From a virus (Duplodnaviria > Heunggongvirae > Uroviricota > Caudoviricetes): a stretch of DNA of 64,000 bases. The stretch spans positions 237,741 through 301,740 of the IMG/VR virus record IMGVR_UViG_3300017565_000001. The stretch is one strand, 5' to 3'. The translations under genes were made by a program, and so were the position numbers. Below are positions 19,454 through 27,733 of the stretch, piece after piece. Position 1 is the first letter of the stretch. Every line of letters begins with the position of its first letter. The notes below the pieces were generated by a model that was given only the letters and a program-made list of their open reading frames with translations, was not told the DNA's origin and did not search any database.

Positions 19454-19777
19454 ATGAAACTCAAAACTATGCGTGGTAAGGTGCTTGATATCACTCAAGT
19501 CTATGCGCAGAACGAAACGTCAATTGCCATTGGTAATGCAAACATGAACGCCCGTGGCGATATCGTGGGGCCTGGCGGTAAGGTTGTGAAGCGCAAGGAA
19601 CAAGTGGCTCAAGAATATCATAAGAGCAACCCCAATGCCGTGAAACGTACGAGCATCAAGGAAGTTCAACCCGATGTGTTCTTGACACCACAAGAAGTTA
19701 TGGCCGAACTCAACAATCAAGCTCCCCAGGCAGCAACACCAGCTCCTAAGGGTCGCCGCATTGTAGACAAGCCCTAA
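19454..19777 (+). CDS. hypothetical (probably late) protein
   Basis: GGAGG SD; CATAAATA upstream; AIGNANMNARGD. Confidence 0.75.
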   Translation: MKLKTMRGKVLDITQVYAQNETSIAIGNANMNARGDIVGPGGKVVKRKEQVAQEYHKSNPNAVKRTSIKEVQPDVFLTPQEVMAELNNQAPQAATPAPKGRRIVDKP

Positions 19778-19909
19778 ACTCCAGTCACCTTCCATTAAAA
19801 GGCCACCATGTTTTGGTGGCCTTTTATTTTGAGTAAATCATGTCATTTCTATTTTGACGACAATAAGACTGGCAAATACAATGATATGACTTTAAGGAGT
19901 TTTCAAAAC

Positions 19910-20254
19910 ATGATGGCAGTTACAGGAAAGCTGAAGCCGATGCCTGGGAAGGTATTTGTTGAACAGCTGGAAAATGGTCAAAGAGTGTCGATGGGTGGTA
20001 TTTTGATCCCTGATGACAACATGAAGAACCATGGTATCCGCCCACGCTGGGGTAAGGTTTGGGCAGTTGGTAATGGGGTTGAGGGTATCGAAGTCGGTGA
20101 ATGGATTCTGATCGAACATGGTCGTTGGTCTTTCGGTGTTGACATTCGGGGCGAAGACGGCGAAACGTTCAAGGTCTGGATGGTCGAATATCCCAAGAGT
20201 GTTTTGCTGGCAAGCGACGTATTCCCCTCCGAACTCAAGCCCACAGGAAAGTAA
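19910..20254 (+). CDS. GroES-like co-chaperonin
   Basis: LKPMPGKVFVE, GGILIPD, GKVWAVGNG, IEVGEWIL; AAGGAG SD. Confidence 0.85.
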   Translation: MMAVTGKLKPMPGKVFVEQLENGQRVSMGGILIPDDNMKNHGIRPRWGKVWAVGNGVEGIEVGEWILIEHGRWSFGVDIRGEDGETFKVWMVEYPKSVLLASDVFPSELKPTGK

Positions 20255-21193
20255 ATGGCAATCGATCTATGGACTGAAAAGTATCGCCCTACCACTCTTG
20301 ATGAGTATGTATGGCGGGAACCCGCACAGAGGGCTCAGGTAGAGTCCTGGCTGCAAGATAAGGTGTTGCCTCACCTCTTGCTGTCTGGTGTGCAAGGTAG
20401 TGGCAAAACGTCTTTGGCGAAGCTCATGCTACGTCTTCTAAACGTTAATCCAGGTGACATTTTGGAAGTGAATGCCAGTCGCGAACGTAAGGTCGAAGAT
20501 GTTCAGACTAAGATCCTGAACTTTGTCAGCACTTGGCCTATTGGTGACTTCAAGTATGTGTTGCTGGACGAAGCTGATTCCATGAGTCAGTTGGCTCAAC
20601 GGATGCTGCGTGGTGAAATGGAGAAGTATGCTGATTCATGTCGCTTCATCCTGACTTGCAACTATCCCAACAAGATCATTCCAGCTCTCCATAGTCGTTG
20701 CCAGGGTTTCCACTTTGATGCCTTGGATCAAAACGAATTCATGGTACGTTGCGCAACCATTCTTTCGAATGAGGGTGTGGCTATGGAAACTGAGGAAGAC
20801 ATTATGGTCTTGAACGAGTTCGTGGAGATGACCCATCCCGACTTGCGCAAGTGTATCAACCTCATGCAACAAAACGTTCTGGGTGGCAAACTTCGCAAAC
20901 CAGAAGTCCGTGATAGTGGTGGCAAGGACTATCTGTTGGAAATGGTTGGGTTGTTCCAACAAGGTCAATATCTGGCAGCCAGAAAGTTGATCGTTGGGCA
21001 AGCACAACCCGAAGAATACGAAGAGATTTACCGCTTCATGTATCAAAACTTGCAGGTTTGGGGAGATACTGAGGAACAACAGAACGAAGCTCTGTTGATT
21101 ATTCGTAAGGGTTTGGTAAATCACGGGCTGGTGGCCGATGTTGAGATTAACTTGGCTGCAACTATTGTTGAACTTACCCAGCTGAAGAAATGA
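20255..21193 (+). CDS. clamp loader subunit (RFC/T4 gp44-like AAA+)
   Basis: LWTEKYRP, Walker A GVQGSGKT, NAS, LLDEAD, SRC motif. Confidence 0.93.
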   Translation: MAIDLWTEKYRPTTLDEYVWREPAQRAQVESWLQDKVLPHLLLSGVQGSGKTSLAKLMLRLLNVNPGDILEVNASRERKVEDVQTKILNFVSTWPIGDFKYVLLDEADSMSQLAQRMLRGEMEKYADSCRFILTCNYPNKIIPALHSRCQGFHFDALDQNEFMVRCATILSNEGVAMETEEDIMVLNEFVEMTHPDLRKCINLMQQNVLGGKLRKPEVRDSGGKDYLLEMVGLFQQGQYLAARKLIVGQAQPEEYEEIYRFMYQNLQVWGDTEEQQNEALLIIRKGLVNHGLVADVEINLAATIVELTQLKK

Positions 21194-21438
21194 GCAAGAA
21201 GTTCGTGGATAAGGTGGCAACAAGCGCCATATTGGATTTCATAACCTATATGTCGGCGTCGGATCAACCATTGTCAATTTCTCGCAATCATGAGATTCCT
21301 GCGGCACTAAATCGTGTCAAAGAATTCTTGGAGTTGCGGGATTGTGCTAAGGCTTATGATGATGGTGATCCGGATTATTGGCGATTCCTTAATCCAGAAC
21401 GCAAGCACAACAAAAAGAAAAATAAACGAAGGAAATAA
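21190..21438 (+). CDS. hypothetical protein with basic tail
   Basis: ATGA overlap with the clamp loader gene. Confidence 0.6.
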   Translation: MSKKFVDKVATSAILDFITYMSASDQPLSISRNHEIPAALNRVKEFLELRDCAKAYDDGDPDYWRFLNPERKHNKKKNKRRK

Positions 21439-21440
21439 TC

Positions 21441-21848
21441 ATGTACAACAAGCAATATCTGGCGAAGCGTCCTTTCATGGTCATCACCGCCTCTTACAAG
21501 CCTGCTCCTGGTGCTCGCACTGAAAAGGCTGGTTGGTCGGAAGTTTCTGGCTGGGAAGTCAACGAGCAACTGTCACTGGTTGATCGCGTCACTCACAAGC
21601 ATCTGGTGAATGCCACCGTCATTGTTGACGTTCTGGAAGCCAGCATTGTCGTGAATCGCCTGCGTGGCGCCTCGGATGAGGAAGCTCTGCAGCACTTCAT
21701 GACCAAGTACAAGGATCAGGTTTCTCAAGCTCTGGGCATCTGGATGGAAGGCGAGGCCCGTAAGCGTGCTTCGACTCTGACCGTTGACCCGGTTGCTGAA
21801 GCTGTGACTGAAGTCACAGAAACCACCGTGGAAAATGAAACGGCCTAA
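21441..21848 (+). CDS. hypothetical protein
   Basis: 135 aa, AAGGA SD. Confidence 0.7.
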   Translation: MYNKQYLAKRPFMVITASYKPAPGARTEKAGWSEVSGWEVNEQLSLVDRVTHKHLVNATVIVDVLEASIVVNRLRGASDEEALQHFMTKYKDQVSQALGIWMEGEARKRASTLTVDPVAEAVTEVTETTVENETA

Positions 21849-22059
21849 GAATCTTCCCGGCGCACCTGACCCCAAGAAGCTCGCAGAGCTTAGGGCTAGG
21901 CTACCACGTCCAGTCTCTCCAGAAATCCTAGATGGAGTGAAGCGAACTATAGCAAAGCTGGACAAGATTCGCGCCAGATTCGAAACCGACGAAGAATTTC
22001 GCGAATATATGAAACGTAGAAGCGAACGAGAATTCGAACGCCTCAACCGTTTTCGTTAA
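21835..22059 (+). CDS. small basic hypothetical protein
   Basis: 74 aa, Arg-rich; followed by a hairpin at about 22066-22097. Confidence 0.5.
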   Translation: MKRPKNLPGAPDPKKLAELRARLPRPVSPEILDGVKRTIAKLDKIRARFETDEEFREYMKRRSEREFERLNRFR

Positions 22060-22172
22060 AGAAGGCAAATGGTGGTGAACTCAAGACCACCATTTGTCGG
22101 TAGCACCAGGCCCAACTGAACATAAATATTGTCGAGCGGCCTGTTTATAAAAGTCCTTATTGGAGACTGAAA

Positions 22173-22991
22173 TTGGGTAACAAAAGAAACTCCTCGCGTC
22201 GCGATGGTCAAGGTCAACGCAGCGAGCGCGGCAATTTTCACGGCAATTCAAACCCTTCTCAATTCAGAGAGCAACGTAATCAACAACAATTTCCCCAAGA
22301 TCAAGGCCATGAACCGCCAAAGCGTCCCCGCAAACGCATTGATCTGATCCCCAGAAACCTAACACAAGAGCAATACGTCAAGGCTCTTTCCAAATCTGAC
22401 CAGTACATCGTTTTTGCGATGGGCCCTGCAGGATGCGGCAAAACCCTTCTAGCTACCCAATACGCCATTAAGGCGCTGATTGAAGGCACGTTTGACAAGA
22501 TTGTTATCACTCGACCAGCAGTAAGTGTTGATGAGCAACACGGATTCCTGCCTGGTTCTCTGTATCAAAAGATGGAACCCTGGATCCTTCCTATCCTGGA
22601 CGTATTCAAAGAACATTTCATGCCATACCAGATTGAAAAGATGATCGCTGATGGCGTAATCGAAATCAGTCCCCTGGCCTATATGCGTGGTCGCACATTC
22701 AAGAATGCTATCGTCATCGCGGACGAAATGCAGAACAGCACGATTTCGCAAACCAAGATGGTCCTAACTCGTATCGGTGAAAACTCCCGTATTGTGATGA
22801 CTGGTGACTTGAACCAGCACGATCGTGGTTTCAACGACAACGGTCTCAAGGACTTTGTTGCTCGTTTCTCTGCGGCGCCCAGCCGTTGCGAGAATATCAG
22901 CGTGATCAACTTCGCACAAGGCGATGTTGAACGTCACCCCGTCATCGAACAGATCCTGAGTCTGTACGAAGACGATCAATCGGGCGAGTAA
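22173..22991 (+). CDS. phoH: PhoH-like ATPase
   Basis: GPAGCGKT, ITRP, GFLPG, YMRGRTF, DEMQN, TRIG, GDLNQHD, ERHP. Confidence 0.95.
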   Translation: MGNKRNSSRRDGQGQRSERGNFHGNSNPSQFREQRNQQQFPQDQGHEPPKRPRKRIDLIPRNLTQEQYVKALSKSDQYIVFAMGPAGCGKTLLATQYAIKALIEGTFDKIVITRPAVSVDEQHGFLPGSLYQKMEPWILPILDVFKEHFMPYQIEKMIADGVIEISPLAYMRGRTFKNAIVIADEMQNSTISQTKMVLTRIGENSRIVMTGDLNQHDRGFNDNGLKDFVARFSAAPSRCENISVINFAQGDVERHPVIEQILSLYEDDQSGE

Positions 22992-23021
22992 CCTGATAGT
23001 GGGGTGGCAAGTCCACCCCAC

Positions 23022-23029
23022 TATAAATA
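23022..23029 (+). promoter_or_regulatory. T4-like late promoter (TATAAATA); TAAATA-type motifs recur before many middle/late genes
   Basis: Exact TATAAATA here and at 54380. (A/C)ATAAATA variants near 16047, 16890, 18081, 19425, 22121, 24948, 45032, 45220, 55737 and 61797, each shortly upstream of a gene start or candidate RNA. Confidence 0.7.
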
Positions 23030-23051
23030 CACTGAAATTATAGGTGTAGTT

Positions 23052-23531
23052 ATGGAACTCGACATCAAAAATATCGAAGAAACCCCTCATCTGCTGGAAT
23101 TGCTTCTGGAAGTGGAAGACGTCTTGGATTCCCTGGATGTCTACGTATTCAGAAACTGGTTTGACGGAGAAGTCGTAAGCGGCCCATCAGTCAAGCGTTA
23201 TTGGGTTTCAATCAAGCTCAAATTCGAAGAGCATAAAATGCCCGATCCGAGGGCAGCCAAACGTCTGTTGAAACATGGCGTTATGGTCGAATATCAGAAA
23301 GAACAAGAAGAAGATATAAGTGAACACGGCCAGGAAGGCGACACCAAAACCGTTTGGATCGTAACCATTGACGTCCCTCGCAAACTACTGAATGGTATGA
23401 ACGATTCAGGTACCGACTTCTATGATGATGAAATCGACATAGAAGACATCGAAAGTGCCAAAGATCTGGGCGTGGATCAAGAATCTGGTTACGACCAGAG
23501 TGGTGATACTGGAGCACAATCCAATGCATAA
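23052..23531 (+). CDS. hypothetical acidic protein
   Basis: LDSLDVYVFRNWFDGEVVSGP, MPDP; late promoter upstream. Confidence 0.75.
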   Translation: MELDIKNIEETPHLLELLLEVEDVLDSLDVYVFRNWFDGEVVSGPSVKRYWVSIKLKFEEHKMPDPRAAKRLLKHGVMVEYQKEQEEDISEHGQEGDTKTVWIVTIDVPRKLLNGMNDSGTDFYDDEIDIEDIESAKDLGVDQESGYDQSGDTGAQSNA

Positions 23532-24228
23532 GTTGATGGAAGGTCTACGCCCCCATGATCTAAAGGGGATGCTAGACAATTACGTGAGTGTAGATGAATA
23601 CGAGAGCAAGATTGATGAAGCTGCTCTTGTTATCGCCTTCTACGTTTCTGACCGACACGCCGCCCAAGATGTTAGTCGCTTCATCCAGAAGAGTTTTGTT
23701 GAGCTTCTGGATTCGGAGGTGAGTGCTTCACCTGATCAGAACGGTCGATACCTAGTGTTCGTTGAACTTCCAATGAACAGTAAGGTAGGTGCGGAGATTG
23801 CAGAGCTATGCGATGACCTGTCCTCTTTGGGTGACATTGACACTTGGAGAGTGAAGGTTAGGGGTGAACCCGAAACGAAGGGTATCCCAGCGAAAGAGAT
23901 TCAAAAGATCGTTGACCAAGGGCTTTCTGATGCCCTGCGTGAATATTTTAAAGACACGACTGCGACGAACATCTTGGTTGAGGGACGTTGCACGGTTCAT
24001 TTCGACGCGCAGGAGATGCAATTTTCTGTAACCGACCACGGTCCACTAGAAGATGTTGCAAGGCGTAAGAATTTAGATGAGCGCGCAGTGGACTTATGTA
24101 TTGTTTCGCAAAGAACTTGTAGAAATATCAACAATTTGCTGGGGATACACTGGACCGTAGAGAAGCTAGGTGAACAATACTTGCTTGTGAATACCCAAAC
24201 AGACCGAGCTATCCTTATTGAACCCTAA
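23524..24228 (+). CDS. hypothetical protein
   Basis: GGAG SD before ATG 23524; terminator at 24231-24258. Confidence 0.75.
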   Translation: MHKLMEGLRPHDLKGMLDNYVSVDEYESKIDEAALVIAFYVSDRHAAQDVSRFIQKSFVELLDSEVSASPDQNGRYLVFVELPMNSKVGAEIAELCDDLSSLGDIDTWRVKVRGEPETKGIPAKEIQKIVDQGLSDALREYFKDTTATNILVEGRCTVHFDAQEMQFSVTDHGPLEDVARRKNLDERAVDLCIVSQRTCRNINNLLGIHWTVEKLGEQYLLVNTQTDRAILIEP

Positions 24229-24567
24229 ACAAAAGCTCTGAGAAGTCTCAGAGCTTTTCTTGCTTTTGGGGTAGATGAATGTGTTGTAATTTCGCGTACA
24301 TAAAATTTTTCTATCGTGGCTATTGTGAAAGCTCATCGTTACGTTTAATATTATCCTGCCATCGCAAATTTGTTAGCTGTTCATGCGTGGTGCCCTGCTT
24401 TACTCCCCAGCAAGTCCTAATAGGAGCCTGATTTTGAGCAAGAAAGTAACTTTGTTCTGCGTGGTACTTGCAGGACTTTACCAACAGTAAGCAGGCCTTC
24501 ATTTGCTACACCTCCGCAATACAAACCAACAAGAAGCATCGCAAACCGTCTTCATCATGGAGTCGAA

Positions 24568-24861
24568 ATGAGGGTCAAAGTTCCGTTCAATTGGCGCCAA
24601 GCGTCGTCCACTAAATTCAACCAAGATGCGGTACGACGTGACGGGCTGCCCTATCGCACAAAACGCCTCAAGGGGTTCATTAGCAAAAAATCCGAAAGCG
24701 ACATGAATGTCGTGAAGCAATGGATTGAGGACAACGGTATTGTCCTGAAACGGCTCTTGGGTGTGTTCATTGTCCACCCTGACCGTGTGTATTACGATGG
24801 TGTCGCACTGGAATTCACTAACGACGACGATATGCTGATGTTTAAGCTGCGTTTCGACTGA
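24568..24861 (+). CDS. small protein, FxxxxDAxxFxL family
   Basis: VKQWIEDN...FTNDDDMLMFKLRF; terminator at 24882-24907. Confidence 0.7.
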   Translation: MRVKVPFNWRQASSTKFNQDAVRRDGLPYRTKRLKGFISKKSESDMNVVKQWIEDNGIVLKRLLGVFIVHPDRVYYDGVALEFTNDDDMLMFKLRFD

Positions 24862-24977
24862 ATCCTCCTCACATAAACAAGAAAAGGCCCGGGAAACCGG
24901 GCCTTTTCGCCATTAAAAGCAAGTAGTTTAAACCTTCATCTGCGCCAATAAATACCAGGTACGTGAGGGTACCTACC

Positions 24978-25223
24978 GTGGATTCTGTAATTGAACAACT
25001 TCTATTGGCGCTGGTAAGTGGCGGACCTAACGCAATCATTGCGGTTCTGGTCCTAGTCATCATCATGCTGGTGCTTGAGCGCCGCCGCCTGCTGAAAAAG
25101 CTGGACAAGAACGAAGAAAAGATCGACAAGATCATTGATGATTACTATAAGGGCAACATGACGTTAAGCGAAGCCCTTAATAGCTTGAAACTGGTTCTGT
25201 ATGAAATCAAGGGTAAGCTATAA
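24978..25223 (+). CDS. small single-TM, coiled-coil protein (holin-like candidate)
   Basis: AIIAVLVLVIIMLVL followed by ERRR and an amphipathic helix; AATAAATA upstream; GTG start uncertain (24963 or 24978). Confidence 0.6.
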   Translation: MDSVIEQLLLALVSGGPNAIIAVLVLVIIMLVLERRRLLKKLDKNEEKIDKIIDDYYKGNMTLSEALNSLKLVLYEIKGKL

Positions 25224-26152
25224 TGAAATTCAGATGGTGGCGCAAAGATAAGCCACTCGACCCTCGCGAAGAAGAACGTATGCGCAAGGTTCAGGAGAGT
25301 CAGTTTGCTCTCCTGAATGCCGCCACCACTACGGCCGATGTAGCGCAAGACGTTACCCTCAAACTCAAGGCGCGCCTGGATGACAGTCTTCGCCAACTAG
25401 AACTCACCAGCAATCTGCTGAGTGACGCTCTAATTACTTGCACCAGCTCTGGTGTTATCACCACATTCAATCCAGCAGCAGAACGAATCTTCAATTGGAC
25501 TGCTCAAGATATCGTTGGCAAAGATCTGTCCATACTGTTCAGGGACCAGACGGGTAAGAAGAAAACGAACGACGAGATCATTGATTGTCTGAATTCAGAA
25601 CCAAGCGAACTTGATTCTATGACACGCATCGAATGTGTTCGTGGACGCCGCCGTTCGGGCGAACCGTTTTATGTGGACGGGGATCTTACGTTCTTGGAAC
25701 GCCAAGATGGAACAACCATTGTGATGATTCTCATCAAGGATATCACCACTCGAGTTGAACTCCAGAAACAATTACAGTTGAGTGAAACTCGCTACCGTGG
25801 CATTTTTGAAAGCTCCTTTGACGGGATTCTTGTAGTTCAGAATTTCTATGTTGTGGCAGCTAATCCAGCCGTTGGAAGTATGCTGGGATACGAAACAGAT
25901 GAAATGATCGCAAAGCCGGCCACTTCATTCTTTCATCAAGATTCACAACAGAAACTCAACACACTCATCATGCAATATCTGAACGGTGACGTCAGCAGCC
26001 ATTGCTCGGTGGTAGGGGCCATAGCGTCAAACGGCCAAACAGTAGACTTACTACTCAGTTGCGCTCCCATGCAGTGGGAAGGGAAACCAGCCAGCCTTAT
26101 AGGGCTCAAGGACATAACTGAGATCATGAAAACGATTTCAGCAGCCAAATAG
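25223..26152 (+). CDS. tandem PAS-PAS protein without an output domain
   Basis: DALITCTSSGVITTFNPAAERIF...KDIT; SETRYRGIFESSFDGILVV...NPA...LGY...KDITE; no HisKA/HATPase/GGDEF. Confidence 0.88.
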   Translation: MKFRWWRKDKPLDPREEERMRKVQESQFALLNAATTTADVAQDVTLKLKARLDDSLRQLELTSNLLSDALITCTSSGVITTFNPAAERIFNWTAQDIVGKDLSILFRDQTGKKKTNDEIIDCLNSEPSELDSMTRIECVRGRRRSGEPFYVDGDLTFLERQDGTTIVMILIKDITTRVELQKQLQLSETRYRGIFESSFDGILVVQNFYVVAANPAVGSMLGYETDEMIAKPATSFFHQDSQQKLNTLIMQYLNGDVSSHCSVVGAIASNGQTVDLLLSCAPMQWEGKPASLIGLKDITEIMKTISAAK

Positions 26153-26180
26153 AAAAGGCCCCGAATATTCGGGGCCTTTT
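26153..26180. terminator. bidirectional intrinsic terminator
   Basis: AAAAGGCCCCGAA-TA-TTCGGGGCCTTTT between convergent genes. Confidence 0.8.
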
Positions 26181-26194
26181 GCTGAGTGGTGACC

Positions 26195-27685
26195 TTACTT
26201 GATCAGCGTGTACCAGGTGAAGCCATCACGCATGACAGGCTTGACCTTACCTGCGCGAATAGCCGCATCCACTGCCGCAAAGTTGGCACTATTTCCACCA
26301 ATCAATGATGCCATTTGGCTCTTGGAAAGCAGGACTTCGCTAGGAAGCGTAGTGTCAGCAACCGCTTCCTTCACAACAGGCTTGGTGACTTTCGACGCAG
26401 TACCAGTGGGGAAAGGCCATGTTGTGTCCACGGGGTTGGTGGCAGGAATATGCGGTGCCGTGGGAGCCCTATAGGCCGGATTGCGCGACTCACTCATAAT
26501 CTGACCGTCCGAGCAACGAACAATCCTTGAAGAGTAAATGTGGCTGGGAACACCGGCCTTGATTTCGTTCTTCAGATCGTCAAAGTCATAATCCATACCA
26601 GCGTATTCATAATCAGCATCGGCTGAAGTACGTTGCTCCAAAGTGTATTGCGCATCCACTACCGTGGGACGATTTTCCTCCCACGTAAGGTTTTCAGCTT
26701 CGTACACGGTAGCACCGGTCTCGGAATTGATAACACAAACCGAGAACACGTTGTCCTCTTCCAGAAGATCTTCTGCCATTTCAAGAGCCGAATCCTTGTC
26801 CAGATAATCTGATTCTAGACGGTATTCAGCATCGGGCGAATTGCGATAACAAACCTTGAAGTCATCTTCATCACAAGTGTGATCTCCAAATGCATCAAAG
26901 CCCTCTTCGTCATCAAATTCAGGATCGTCGGGATCCTGGGTATTGTAAACGACGCGGTTCTTACCCAGATCTAGATCGTCAACTGGTACTTCACCAATGA
27001 CTTCGTACTTGCAAGTACGCCCCTTGGCATTGTTGTAGTCAGTCGGAATGGCTACCACATCGGCGGGGTTGATCTTCACCAACACAACACGAACATGTTC
27101 GGGATCAGACGAGCCATAATAGGGCAGGTACGACATGGAGCAGAAGTGTAGGCCGGCCGAACAAGTGCGGGACTTTTCTTCGTCAACCAGATTACGGCGC
27201 ATCGTAACTACCTGTCCGATTGCATTGCTAATCTTTCCAGTGTAGATGTCCGTGTAATCAGCGTTTACCTTCTTGTATGCCACAAAGTGACCATCATCTG
27301 TGATTGGCAGATCACACGCTTCCAGGAAGCCATACAGTTCATCAACTGCTCGCTTGCTGGGGTTCAGCATCAAGTTATCCAGGAACGCAACCATGGGCTT
27401 GATGTCGAAGCCTTCAGCTTGCATCTCCAGAATGCGTTGAGTCAGAGTGTTGTGTACTGCGAAGTCATCGTAATAGACAACACCATCCGCGACACGGATG
27501 AGGCCTTGAGAAAAGCTCACGATCGCGCGGCTGATATTGATGAGTTCTTCAACCAGATCAAAATCACCAACCTTCAGTGCTTCACGAATTTCGTGATACT
27601 TTTGGTGGGAATCTTCCGTGATTGTGTATGTCTTGCCCTTCAACATCACATTGATGGACGTGGGAGTTAGTCGATATGGAATCAT
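26195..27685 (-). CDS. rIIB: rIIB-like protein with C-terminal extension
   Basis: NPSKRAVDELYGFL, PITDDGHFVAYKKV, CSAGLHFCS, VKINPADVVAIP, KGRTCKYEV. Confidence 0.9.
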   Translation of the reverse strand: MIPYRLTPTSINVMLKGKTYTITEDSHQKYHEIREALKVGDFDLVEELINISRAIVSFSQGLIRVADGVVYYDDFAVHNTLTQRILEMQAEGFDIKPMVAFLDNLMLNPSKRAVDELYGFLEACDLPITDDGHFVAYKKVNADYTDIYTGKISNAIGQVVTMRRNLVDEEKSRTCSAGLHFCSMSYLPYYGSSDPEHVRVVLVKINPADVVAIPTDYNNAKGRTCKYEVIGEVPVDDLDLGKNRVVYNTQDPDDPEFDDEEGFDAFGDHTCDEDDFKVCYRNSPDAEYRLESDYLDKDSALEMAEDLLEEDNVFSVCVINSETGATVYEAENLTWEENRPTVVDAQYTLEQRTSADADYEYAGMDYDFDDLKNEIKAGVPSHIYSSRIVRCSDGQIMSESRNPAYRAPTAPHIPATNPVDTTWPFPTGTASKVTKPVVKEAVADTTLPSEVLLSKSQMASLIGGNSANFAAVDAAIRAGKVKPVMRDGFTWYTLIK

Positions 27686-27733
27686 GTTTGATCCTGTTAT
27701 TGTTTATTGTTGTTCTGGTGCTTTGTTGCCATT

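Noticed and set aside
24260-24560. ~300-bp gap as possible ncRNA or origin
   Set aside because: I could not identify iterons, a stable fold or a credible ORF.
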